A stretch of 64,000 bases of DNA from an uncultured Alphaproteobacteria bacterium (GCA_949082785.1 CARVLU010000004.1:23371-87370); one strand, 5' to 3'; shown: positions 9,782 through 17,833, counted from the first letter of the stretch. Numbers and translations: made by a program. The notes: generated from the sequence alone by a model not told the origin.

Positions 9782-10840
9782 ATGTCAACACCGCATAATC
9801 TGTATATTCACGTCCCCTTTTGCATGTCAAAGTGTAATTATTGCGCCTTTTTCTCGCACGCGCGGCCCGCACCGGACTGGGACGCGTACGCGGCGGGGAT
9901 TTGCGACGAAATCAAATATTGGGGCGCGCGCCTGGGGGGAACAAATGTGCCAACCATCTTTTTCGGGGGCGGCACGCCGTCATTGATGCCGACCGCCACG
10001 TTCGGCCAAATCATGGATTGCATGTCGCGCCACTTTCATATCGACAGCGATGCGGAAATCACACTGGAATCCAATCCCGGCACACTGGATACGGCGCGAC
10101 TGGGCGAATTTATGGCGCGCGGCGTCAACCGTTTATCCGTTGGCGTGCAAAGCCTGAATGACGACGCCCTGCGCTTTTTGGGGCGACGCCACACGGCGGC
10201 GGACGCATTGGCATTGATTGATGCGGCGCATAGAATGGGGCTGCACGTGTCGGCGGATTTTATATACGGATTACCGCACCAAACGACGGCCCATGTGCGC
10301 GATCTATGCCGCGATATCAACGCCATCGGATTGCGCCATTGTTCGATGTATGAATTGACCATCGAACCGGACACCCCGTTTGGCAAAATGAATTTAACCA
10401 TGCCATCCAACGAAGAAATGGCGGACATGTACGCCGCGATTGGCGAAACGTTGGCATTGCCCCGATACGAAGTGTCCAATTACGCCACCGCACATACGCA
10501 ATGCCGCCACAATGCGAACATCTGGGCCGGGGGCGCGTACGTGGGATTGGGCCGCGGCGCGGCGGGTCGGCCATTGATTGATGGCGTTTGGTACGACCAG
10601 ATGGGCGCGGCCCAGCGATGCACCCCCATGACATCGCACGACCGCGCAACGGAAAAAATCATCACCGGCATGCGCACGATGCGCGGCGTTGAATTGACCG
10701 ACGATGTGCGCGCGGCGCTGGACTGGGACGCGGTTGCCAATTGCGCGGGCGACGTCATACAAACACCGGACGGATTTCTGGCCCCGACGGAAAAAGCCAT
10801 ATTGATTTTGGACAATTTACTGGTAAAATTAATTCGATAA
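9782..10840 (+). CDS. hemW: radical SAM family haem chaperone HemW (coproporphyrinogen III oxidase-like)
   Basis: LYIHVPFCMSKCNYCAF is a CxxxCxxC radical-SAM motif with a HemN-like fold. Length 352 aa fits HemW rather than HemN. Confidence 0.8.
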   Translation: MSTPHNLYIHVPFCMSKCNYCAFFSHARPAPDWDAYAAGICDEIKYWGARLGGTNVPTIFFGGGTPSLMPTATFGQIMDCMSRHFHIDSDAEITLESNPGTLDTARLGEFMARGVNRLSVGVQSLNDDALRFLGRRHTAADALALIDAAHRMGLHVSADFIYGLPHQTTAHVRDLCRDINAIGLRHCSMYELTIEPDTPFGKMNLTMPSNEEMADMYAAIGETLALPRYEVSNYATAHTQCRHNANIWAGGAYVGLGRGAAGRPLIDGVWYDQMGAAQRCTPMTSHDRATEKIITGMRTMRGVELTDDVRAALDWDAVANCAGDVIQTPDGFLAPTEKAILILDNLLVKLIR

Positions 10841-10843
10841 AAA

Positions 10844-12829
10844 ATGGAAAGCAAATTCTGGAACATCATCGGCGTTATTGCGGTTGCGGCCGCCGTCGTC
10901 ATTGCATTTTTTGTATCAAAGGAAACACATATGACCACAGGCATCAAAACAGAAAACATGGATTTCAGCATTCGCCCCGGCGACGACTTTTACGATTACG
11001 CCACACTGGGCTGGCAACGGGCCAACCCCATCCCCGATGATTACACACGTTACGGATCATTTGACGTTCTGCGCGACCAGAATTTGGAACGCGTCCGCGA
11101 AATCGCGCAATCCGACGGGGGTAAAATCGGCACCCTGTACCGCGTTGCGATGAATGCGGACAAATTGAACACCGACGGGACTGCGCCGGTCCAACCGTAT
11201 TTGGCGGAAATCGACGCAATTACGTCCCGCGACCAATTGGCGGCATTTTTGGGTAAAATGCACCATCATGCAACGGCATTCTGGGGCGACTGGGTTGCAC
11301 TGGACGAAATGGACAGCGAACACTTCCTGTATAACATTGGCCAGGGTGCAATCGGTCTGACGCGCGATTATTATTTTGACGACGACGAAAAATCCCGTGA
11401 AATCCGCACCAAATATAAAAAATACATCACGGACCAAATGGCGAATTTTGGCATTGCGGTGGACGCAGATAAACTCTATGCATTCGAAGAACGCATGGCA
11501 AAATCTTTTCATACCAAGGAAAAGCTGCGCGACCCCCACGCCAATTATCACAAGATGTCGCTGGCGCAAATCCGCGCCGAATATCCGGACTTTGATTGGG
11601 ATGCGTTTTTGGCGGCGCGCGGCGCAAATCCCGAATTTATCAACATTGCACAACCAGATGCCATTTCCGAATCCATCAAAATCATGCACGACACCGATTT
11701 GGATTTGATAAAGACTTATTTAAAATGGCGCATGATTAATTCTGGCGTGTCGTTGTTGGACGACAAAACATACGAAATCGCATTTGATTTTTACAACCGC
11801 ACCATGTCGGGACAACCCACGCCCAAGGCACGGTGGAAACGCGCGGTATATTTGCTGGACGATTCCCTGGGCGAAGAAATCGGCCGTCTGTACGTTGAAA
11901 AATACTTTTCCCCCGCGGCGAAACAGCGCATGCAGCAATTGGTTCAGAATCTGCAACGTGCATATAAAATGCGGATTGAAAAACTGGAATGGATGTCGAT
12001 TGCTACCAAAGAAAAAGCCCTGGAAAAACTGTCCACATTCCGTGCAAAAATCGGATACCCCGACCGTTGGCGTGATTATTCCAAATTGGAAATCCGTGAT
12101 GATTCCCTGTGGGACAACATGGTGCGCGTCGCCGAATTCCAGGACCGCTTTTGGTTGGAAAAAATCGGCGGTCCGAACGACCCGTCGCTGTGGTATATGA
12201 ACGCACACGAAGTCAATGCGTATTACGACCCGTCAACAAATGAAATTTGTTTCCCGGCCGGCATTCTGCAATACCCGTTCTTTGACATGAATGCGGACGA
12301 CGCGTTTAATTATGGCGCAATCGGGTCCACAATCGGACACGAAATGACACATGGGTTTGATGACACCGGACGCAAATTTGACCGCGATGGCAACCTGCGC
12401 GATTGGTGGACGGCGGACGATGGCGCGCGCTTTGACGCACGGGCAAACGTCCTGCGCAAATTCTTTGACAATATTTTGGTGGCGCCAAACACGCATGCAA
12501 ACGGCGAATTCACACTGGGCGAAAATCTGGCCGATTACGGCGGCGTTACAATCGCGTTCACCGCGTACCAGAATTTTGCCACACCCGCCGCAACCGATGA
12601 ACACGGCATGACCGGCGACATGCGTTTCTTTGTCGCCTATGCCGGAACCGAAGCCGGCAACATCCGCGACGACGCGATTTTATTGCGGACAAAAACCGAC
12701 GAACATTCACTGTCACGCTGGCGCGTGAACGGCATATTACCGCACATTGACGCGTGGTATGACGCGTTCCACATCACAGAAAACGACAAACTGTATGTGG
12801 CCCCAGAAAACCGCATTAAATTGTGGTAA
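10844..12829 (+). CDS. pepO: M13 family metalloendopeptidase (PepO/neprilysin-like)
   Basis: N-terminal membrane anchor. HEMTHGFD zincin motif (HExxH) and ENLADYGG (ExxxD) are diagnostic of M13 peptidases. Confidence 0.85.
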   Translation: MESKFWNIIGVIAVAAAVVIAFFVSKETHMTTGIKTENMDFSIRPGDDFYDYATLGWQRANPIPDDYTRYGSFDVLRDQNLERVREIAQSDGGKIGTLYRVAMNADKLNTDGTAPVQPYLAEIDAITSRDQLAAFLGKMHHHATAFWGDWVALDEMDSEHFLYNIGQGAIGLTRDYYFDDDEKSREIRTKYKKYITDQMANFGIAVDADKLYAFEERMAKSFHTKEKLRDPHANYHKMSLAQIRAEYPDFDWDAFLAARGANPEFINIAQPDAISESIKIMHDTDLDLIKTYLKWRMINSGVSLLDDKTYEIAFDFYNRTMSGQPTPKARWKRAVYLLDDSLGEEIGRLYVEKYFSPAAKQRMQQLVQNLQRAYKMRIEKLEWMSIATKEKALEKLSTFRAKIGYPDRWRDYSKLEIRDDSLWDNMVRVAEFQDRFWLEKIGGPNDPSLWYMNAHEVNAYYDPSTNEICFPAGILQYPFFDMNADDAFNYGAIGSTIGHEMTHGFDDTGRKFDRDGNLRDWWTADDGARFDARANVLRKFFDNILVAPNTHANGEFTLGENLADYGGVTIAFTAYQNFATPAATDEHGMTGDMRFFVAYAGTEAGNIRDDAILLRTKTDEHSLSRWRVNGILPHIDAWYDAFHITENDKLYVAPENRIKLW

Positions 12830-12862
12830 CAAAAACCCCGGCGATGGCCGGGGATTTTTTTG
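12830..12862 (+). terminator. intrinsic terminator after pepO
   Basis: ccccggcgatggccgggg hairpin followed by tttttttgg. Confidence 0.6.
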
Positions 12863-13087
12863 GCGTTTGGTGAAAAAAATCCATGCCGGGTGCAACGGCA
12901 TGGCCCCCGCGGGAATCCGCCGCACGCGCCATAAAAAAATACCGCCAAAATAAACGGTCATTTATTTTAGTGGTATTTTTTCTTGCCCTGTGACCCCATT
13001 ATATCACCGTTTCCGCCGCCCCGTCAATCGGAAAGATTGCCCAATCCAAACCACCGGTTGGGCCCGGCAAATTAACGGGGGGAATTT

Positions 13088-13876
13088 ATGAAACACATCA
13101 TGATACGAATTGCCGGCGGCATGGTTGCGGCGTTTGGAATTATTGTCAATCGCGGTCATGCAGACGTGAATAATTGCACCACGTGGACGAACGAAACCGC
13201 GGGTAATTTAAATTACAAAAAATGTTCATACAACAGCGACGGCGGCGGGTATCGATACTTTGCCAGCTGGTCCAGTGTCCCCACCGGCAGCAATGCCTTG
13301 GCGCCGGCGCGCGAAACATGTATGAACGCCATGGGGACCATTGATTATCCGGGCTGCAAAAGTGGTCGCTGTAATCAGACCGGCATTGTCTGCGAAGATA
13401 CGGGGCTGCTGTTTTCTGTGGGCTGTTGCCTGGCCAGTCCGTCGTACGGCCAGCCCGGCGCATGCGCCACCAATGCCACGGGATGCCGCGTCCAGGTTAT
13501 GCCGATAGAGGCCGCAAATTACACCTACTATCGTTTTAACAGTTGTGCGAACGGTTATTACACCCCGACGAATTTGGGCGGGACATGCACCGGAACGTAT
13601 TCATCGTTGGAATCAATTACCGCCTGTTGCGCGCAATGTTCGGGATACCAAAACATCAACGGCCAATGGGTCACGGTCAACGGGGCGTCGGGATCAACAT
13701 CCGGCATATTTATCAATACGTCCACCACACCGGGCATGGGGATTACAACATGTTTGGCGTCAATGTCCCTGGGGCCCATCACCGCCAAAGACAACAGTGG
13801 CACGTACGATTTGATGGGATTTGTGGATGCAAACAACCCCGGTACATATACCAGTGGTTGTTATTATTCCGAATAA
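13088..13876 (+). CDS. secreted cysteine-rich protein (paralog family A)
   Basis: Signal peptide MKHIMIRIAGGMVAAFGIIVNRGHA; more than 20 Cys in CxxC / C...GYY arrangements; ends ...SGCYYSE. Ribosome-binding site ggggg 6 nt upstream. Confidence 0.6.
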   Translation: MKHIMIRIAGGMVAAFGIIVNRGHADVNNCTTWTNETAGNLNYKKCSYNSDGGGYRYFASWSSVPTGSNALAPARETCMNAMGTIDYPGCKSGRCNQTGIVCEDTGLLFSVGCCLASPSYGQPGACATNATGCRVQVMPIEAANYTYYRFNSCANGYYTPTNLGGTCTGTYSSLESITACCAQCSGYQNINGQWVTVNGASGSTSGIFINTSTTPGMGITTCLASMSLGPITAKDNSGTYDLMGFVDANNPGTYTSGCYYSE

Positions 13877-13910
13877 AAAAACCGGCGTTTGCCGGGTTTT
13901 TATTTTTCAT
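13875..13910. terminator. bidirectional intrinsic terminator between cysteine-rich gene (+) and HTH gene (-)
   Basis: aaaaaaa ccggcgtttgccgg tttttattttt: stem flanked by A-run and T-run. Confidence 0.6.
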
Positions 13911-14154
13911 GTCCCGCGTCGGGCAATGGGGTTGGAATAAACTTGGCAAAATCGTCCATGCGGGCACCGGTGGACGCCAAAATTTTGGACAGACTGTGCA
14001 TGGACGGCCAACGGGGCTTGCCTTCTTTGGACCAGCGTTTGCTGCGATTAAACGTCGTCGGATCCAGACCGCTGCACTTGGCCAATCCCGAACAAGACAT
14101 TTTGTGTTCGCTGGCAAAGCGTTCAATGGCATTCCAAATATCTTCGTGTGTCAT
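13900..14154 (-). CDS. small HTH-type DNA-binding protein (phage-repressor-like N-terminal domain)
   Basis: MTHEDIWNAIERFASEHKMSCSGLAKCSGLDPTTFNRSKR resembles the HTH of phage repressor/XRE-like regulators. ATG at 14154. Confidence 0.45.
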   Translation of the reverse strand: MTHEDIWNAIERFASEHKMSCSGLAKCSGLDPTTFNRSKRWSKEGKPRWPSMHSLSKILASTGARMDDFAKFIPTPLPDAGHEK

Positions 14155-14269
14155 TTCTCTCTCCTGTTGCTGAAACTGAATTACCAATACATAAATCATT
14201 GGATGGCGAACCGCCCCCATCTTTCAGCCCCCAGGGTAGAATACAACGTCAATAAATGGTACAGGTTTG

Positions 14270-14719
14270 TTATCCTGCCACCCGCAGATTGGGGCGCAGC
14301 GTGCGCAAATTATCCAGGGATTTTTCCTGGGCCGCGCGGAATGCCGCCGGGTTCCAGATTTGAAAACTGTTGCCGCGGCCGACAAAAACGGCACTGTCGG
14401 TGATACCGGCATGCTGTAACAATTCGGCGGGGATGACAATACGGCCCGTCACATCGAACATCAGCGGCCGCGCATCGGCAAACAGCATGGCCGACAAATC
14501 ATCCAGTTCGCTGTCAAAGACGCCCATTTGGTCGGTTGCCGCCGCCAATTTTTCCATGCGCGCCATGGTCATGCCTTCGATACAATTATGGGTGAACGAC
14601 CGGTATAAAACGACGCCTGCAAATGCGTCACCGGCCACCGAAGCGCGGAAAGACGCCGGGACGGAAATGCGTCCCTTTGTATCCAAACGGTTTTCATAAG
14701 ATGAGAGAAACAATGACAT
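14270..14719 (-). CDS. mraZ: transcriptional regulator MraZ
   Basis: 149 aa with two MraZ repeats (LDTKGRISVPASFR and DVTGRIVIPAELLQ, i.e. the DxxxR motifs) and SpoVT/AbrB-like fold. No rsmH/ftsL follow it in this window. Confidence 0.85.
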   Translation of the reverse strand: MSLFLSSYENRLDTKGRISVPASFRASVAGDAFAGVVLYRSFTHNCIEGMTMARMEKLAAATDQMGVFDSELDDLSAMLFADARPLMFDVTGRIVIPAELLQHAGITDSAVFVGRGNSFQIWNPAAFRAAQEKSLDNLRTLRPNLRVAG

Positions 14720-15088
14720 TTCAGTGTTCCGTGTGGGGCGCGTGCCCGTGCATCCTTCTGGCTTCTGATGTTACCGTAGCACGGGCATTTATGGTTGTCA
14801 ATGACATTGTATAATCAATTCATGGGATTTCATGGTTTTCTAAGTAAAATTTCATATTTTTGAAATAAAATGCCAGTAAATACATTTTTCGCTTGACCAT
14901 CGATTCGTTTTTGTTCTATGATTCGTGTATAGACAACCAAGAAACCAACAAAAAGCCCAGAAAACCGCCCAAAAACCGGAATTCTGGTAAAAACGAAAGC
15001 GAAACAAAAAATTTAACTCAGGAATTTGTAAATACAAACTCTGGCTTGGATTTTTGATTTCAATCAAAAGAAAGGGGGGAACCGCATC

Positions 15089-15421
15089 ATGCAAAAGAAT
15101 ATCAAAGAAATTATGATTGCCCTGAACAAAGTCCTGACGACAACTGTTTGGGTCAACGAAGACCGCCAAATCGTATCGCTGGGTGACGAACTGCAAATCG
15201 GCCACAATAACGCGCCGCGTTCAATCGAAGATTTGTCCCGTCCGTCACTGGTTGGTGCATACGTATCGTTACAGATTCGCACGGATAATTTCGACGTCGC
15301 GGCCGAAAGCATGGATACCAAGGCCTTGGCACTGCGCGTCAAAGAAATGGTCTTTGCCGAAGCGAAAAAGATTATGGATGCGGGCGACGCCACATCCGAC
15401 AAGTTTGCCATGGCGGCATAA
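15089..15421 (+). CDS. hypothetical protein
   Basis: ORF of 110 aa with a strong ribosome-binding site (aaagaaagggggg, 9 nt upstream). No recognisable domain. Confidence 0.4.
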   Translation: MQKNIKEIMIALNKVLTTTVWVNEDRQIVSLGDELQIGHNNAPRSIEDLSRPSLVGAYVSLQIRTDNFDVAAESMDTKALALRVKEMVFAEAKKIMDAGDATSDKFAMAA

Positions 15422-15496
15422 CAGTTTCCGGTCATCCGGAAGGAAGGGAGCACTGTCGGGACATCTGTCCCGACAGTTTTTTATCATCACGACCAT

Positions 15497-15601
15497 TTCC
15501 CTGGATTGCCACGCCACTGACGTGGCTCGCAATGACAAAGGAGATACAGTGCCAGGCAATTCAACACCCTTGTCATTGCGAGCCATCGGCGAAGCAATCC
15601 A
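15497..15601. repeat. MITE-like palindromic element, copy A (9 bp TIR ctggattgc/gcaatccag; internal ctcgcaatgacaa / ttgtcattgcgag arms)
   Basis: ctggattgccacgccactgacgtggctcgcaatgacaaagg...cccttgtcattgcgagccatcggcgaagcaatccag. A second copy is at 19818-19925. Confidence 0.55.
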
Positions 15602-15637
15602 GTAAAAAAAATCCCCACACCAATAAATTTAAATTCC

Positions 15638-15666
15638 TTGAAACTTCGCGCGGGGTGCGATATACT
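15638..15666 (+). promoter_or_regulatory. sigma70-type promoter TTGAAA-17-TATACT driving leader RNA copy 1
   Basis: ttgaaa(15638-43), 17 nt spacer, tatact(15661-66). The identical promoter is present in the inverted copy at 19754-19782. Confidence 0.5.
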
Positions 15667-15672
15667 GGATTC

Positions 15673-15848
15673 GCATTGGGAAACCGGTGTAGGCTTCAAA
15701 ACCTAATAGTACTGTCAGTGATGACATTAAACTATCTCCAACTTTAATCGGTTGGGGGGCTGTGAATATATTGAATAAACAGCGCTATTGTACTAATAGT
15801 TTTGAACCTCCAACCGCCCACAATGTTGTCGGGCGGTGTTTTTTTGCT
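15673..15848 (+). ncRNA. structured leader RNA, copy 1 (outer helix ttcaaaac..gtac/gtac..ttttgaa; long-range ggttggggg/cctccaacc pairing; intrinsic terminator ccgccc..gggcgg-U8)
   Basis: Predicted transcription start ~7 nt after the -10. GGTTGGGGGGCTGTGAATATATTGAATA...CCTCCAACC followed by a terminator ending 24 nt before the ATG at 15872. Family members are at 17244-17417 (-), 19578-19747 (-) and 54058-54160 (+). Confidence 0.45.
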
Positions 15849-15871
15849 TAAAAAAAATAAGGAGTCAAACT

Positions 15872-16099
15872 ATGGCAAAATTATTAATCGACGCAAACTA
15901 TTACGGCAGTGTGATGCGTCATGCGCGCGAACATTTGAAAATCAGTGTTTCCGACGCGGCAAAATTACTGAAAATGAACAAGAAAGATTATCAGAAATGT
16001 GAACGTGGCCAGGCGCTGTTTGATATCGGGATACTGCGCCGTTTCTTTCACGGGGCGTTTGCACTGCTGGTGATAAAACGCAGCCGCGATAATTTGTAG
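15872..16099 (+). CDS. small XRE/Cro-type HTH protein (75 aa), copy A
   Basis: MAKLLIDANYYGSVMRHAREHLKISVSDAAKLLKMNKKDYQKCERGQ is a helix-turn-helix. aaggag ribosome-binding site 8 nt upstream. A near-identical paralog is at 19334-19561 (-). Confidence 0.7.
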   Translation: MAKLLIDANYYGSVMRHAREHLKISVSDAAKLLKMNKKDYQKCERGQALFDIGILRRFFHGAFALLVIKRSRDNL

Positions 16100-16175
16100 C
16101 GCGCATCCGCGTGGCAATCCAGGAATAGGGCATTGTGCGCGTTATGGGATGCCAAAAGGGGACAAAGTGACATAA

Positions 16176-16207
16176 CAAAAACCCCGGCGGTTGCCGGGGA
16201 TTTTATT
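16176..16207. terminator. bidirectional intrinsic terminator
   Basis: aaaaa ccccggcggttgccgggg attttatttc. Confidence 0.6.
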
Positions 16208-16370
16208 TCGCCTTTTTCAGGGACGGTTTGCGGGGGCGGCATTTGTATGCGTTTTTGTCCGCAATCGACAGGGCAATCGCCACCGCCTGTTTCTGGGGGC
16301 GGCCGGCGTGGACTTCGGCGCGGATGTTTTCGGATATGGTTTTGCGGGTGCAACCTTGTTTCAGGGGCAT
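16203..16370 (-). CDS. small basic hypothetical protein (55 aa)
   Basis: MPLKQGCTRKTISENIRAEVHAGRPQKQAVAIALSIADKNAYKCRPRKPSLKKAK. Ribosome-binding site aaagg 8 nt upstream of the ATG at 16370. Confidence 0.4.
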   Translation of the reverse strand: MPLKQGCTRKTISENIRAEVHAGRPQKQAVAIALSIADKNAYKCRPRKPSLKKAK

Positions 16371-16443
16371 GATATAACCTTTCTGTTTCTGGGGACATTG
16401 TATCACAGCGATGGCGCAAAATATACAGGATGAAAATCCAGCC

Positions 16444-17229
16444 TTAGTCAGACAGGTGATACGTTTGGTCGTTGTATCGCACGTTGATTGATGCGGCCGC
16501 GCCCGACTTTAACACGCCATAGCATGTTTTGCCGCCATATCCAATGCGCAATGAAGGCGTGGTATATGCCACCGGATACAAATTAAACGTGCGCCCATTT
16601 CCGGTTTTTATTTTCCCAATTCCGGCCCCGCACAGGGGCACGCATGTGCCATCGTGATTGCCATAACCCGCGTCGCATTCCCATGGACAGTCGTTGGTCG
16701 GCGAACTGTCGGATTGTGCGGGCGTGCCGGCCCCGGTATAATGCGCATGTTCCGGCAGATTTGTGCATGGCCGGGCGTATCGGTACCACGTGTGCCATGT
16801 TGTCCCCACATATTGGGCCAAATAATATCCGGGGTTGGCCCGGTACCATAAAAATGCGGATTGGCCATTCCAGTAATCGGTGCCATTATACCAGCTTTCG
16901 ATATACAGTTCCCCATATGGGCTGGATATAAAGACACCTGCGAAACAATGTGCCGGCCAGATGGCCCCGTTTGTCGATGAACCGGGGTTCCACGACATCA
17001 GCCATGATTGTTGCGTCACCCGGTCCACCGGGTACAGTGTCGATACGAATCCGTACCAATCGGTCGTGTCCGTCGGACATGGATGTTGCGTGTCGTCACC
17101 GGGACAATAATACCCATCGACGCATTTTTCGCATGTGGTGCCGTTTAAATACATCCCCCCATCGCATACGCCCCATGCCACCGCCGGCATTCCCATCACG
17201 CACGCAATTGTCCATAAAACAAATTTCAT
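16444..17229 (-). CDS. secreted cysteine-rich protein (paralog family B)
   Basis: Signal peptide MKFVLWTIACVMGMPAVAWG from the ATG at 17229. Motifs CEKCVDGYYCPGDDTQHPCP and CPWECDAGYGNHDGTCVPLCG; W/Y-rich middle. Confidence 0.6.
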   Translation of the reverse strand: MKFVLWTIACVMGMPAVAWGVCDGGMYLNGTTCEKCVDGYYCPGDDTQHPCPTDTTDWYGFVSTLYPVDRVTQQSWLMSWNPGSSTNGAIWPAHCFAGVFISSPYGELYIESWYNGTDYWNGQSAFLWYRANPGYYLAQYVGTTWHTWYRYARPCTNLPEHAHYTGAGTPAQSDSSPTNDCPWECDAGYGNHDGTCVPLCGAGIGKIKTGNGRTFNLYPVAYTTPSLRIGYGGKTCYGVLKSGAAASINVRYNDQTYHLSD

Positions 17230-17243
17230 TGTTAACCCCGAAC

Positions 17244-17417
17244 AAAAAATAAAACCACCAGAAACGTTTCGGGTGGTTGGAGTTTTACAACAATTGAACG
17301 AATTGCGCGGTTTATTCAATGTATTCACCACACTCCAACCGACAAGATTGGAATGTTTATCGTCACACGGACGCGTTCAACGGGTTGTAAAGCCCCATGG
17401 CGCCATCGGCCACCACG
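17244..17417 (-). ncRNA. structured leader RNA, copy 2 (promoter GTGACA-17-TATAAT at 17424-17452; ggttggag/ctccaacc; terminator ccaccc..ggtgg-U)
   Basis: Minus-strand ggttggagtgtggtgaatacattgaataaaccgcgc...aaactccaaccacccgaaacgtttctggtggttttatttttt ending 15 nt before the start codon of the cysteine-rich gene. Confidence 0.45.
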
Positions 17418-17506
17418 GGGTATATTATAACGCAAGTTTTGAAAATTGTCACCCCATTATTTTGGGGCGATAAATGAAAAACGGGGGCGGGCCCCGTTTT
17501 GTTTTA

Positions 17507-17833
17507 TTAATGCGCCATCAGATGTAAAATCACACTGGTGATAAAAATCAGGGTGATGATGCCCAAAATAAATTTCTGGGGTTTGTGGCCGTCATTGCCG
17601 TGGCAATGGTCGCATTCGCATCGGCAATCACGCACCACCAACACCCACGACAGACCCAACATCCCGGCGGAAAACACGAACAGCCACGGTTCCAGCCATT
17701 GCGGAATAATATGCAGATGCGCAGATTCCGGCGCAATCAATCCCACAATCGACAGCGCAATCGGCAGACCGCAACAAAAGACATGCGGCAACAATGACGC
17801 CGCGATTCCAATTTTAACAGCTTTGTTTTTCAT
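17507..17833 (-). CDS. MerT-like metal transport membrane protein
   Basis: VFCCGLPIALSIVGLI (Cys pair in TM1) and LEPWLFVFSAGMLGLSW resemble MerT. Loop DCRCECDHCHGNDGH is metal-binding-like. The ATG at 17833 is 7 nt after a TATAAT (near-leaderless). Confidence 0.55.
   Translation of the reverse strand: MKNKAVKIGIAASLLPHVFCCGLPIALSIVGLIAPESAHLHIIPQWLEPWLFVFSAGMLGLSWVLVVRDCRCECDHCHGNDGHKPQKFILGIITLIFITSVILHLMAH

Noticed and set aside
13543-14403. 286 aa plus-strand ORF spanning the cysteine-rich gene end, HTH gene and mraZ
   Set aside because: It overlaps three well-supported genes and two terminators, and its translation is R/G/H-rich low complexity.
15487-15699. 70 aa minus-strand ORF (…CHCEPRQWRGNPG…) and 15532-15747 plus ORF
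   Set aside because: Both read through the MITE-like palindrome and the leader-RNA promoter. Palindromic repeats generate symmetric pseudo-ORFs.
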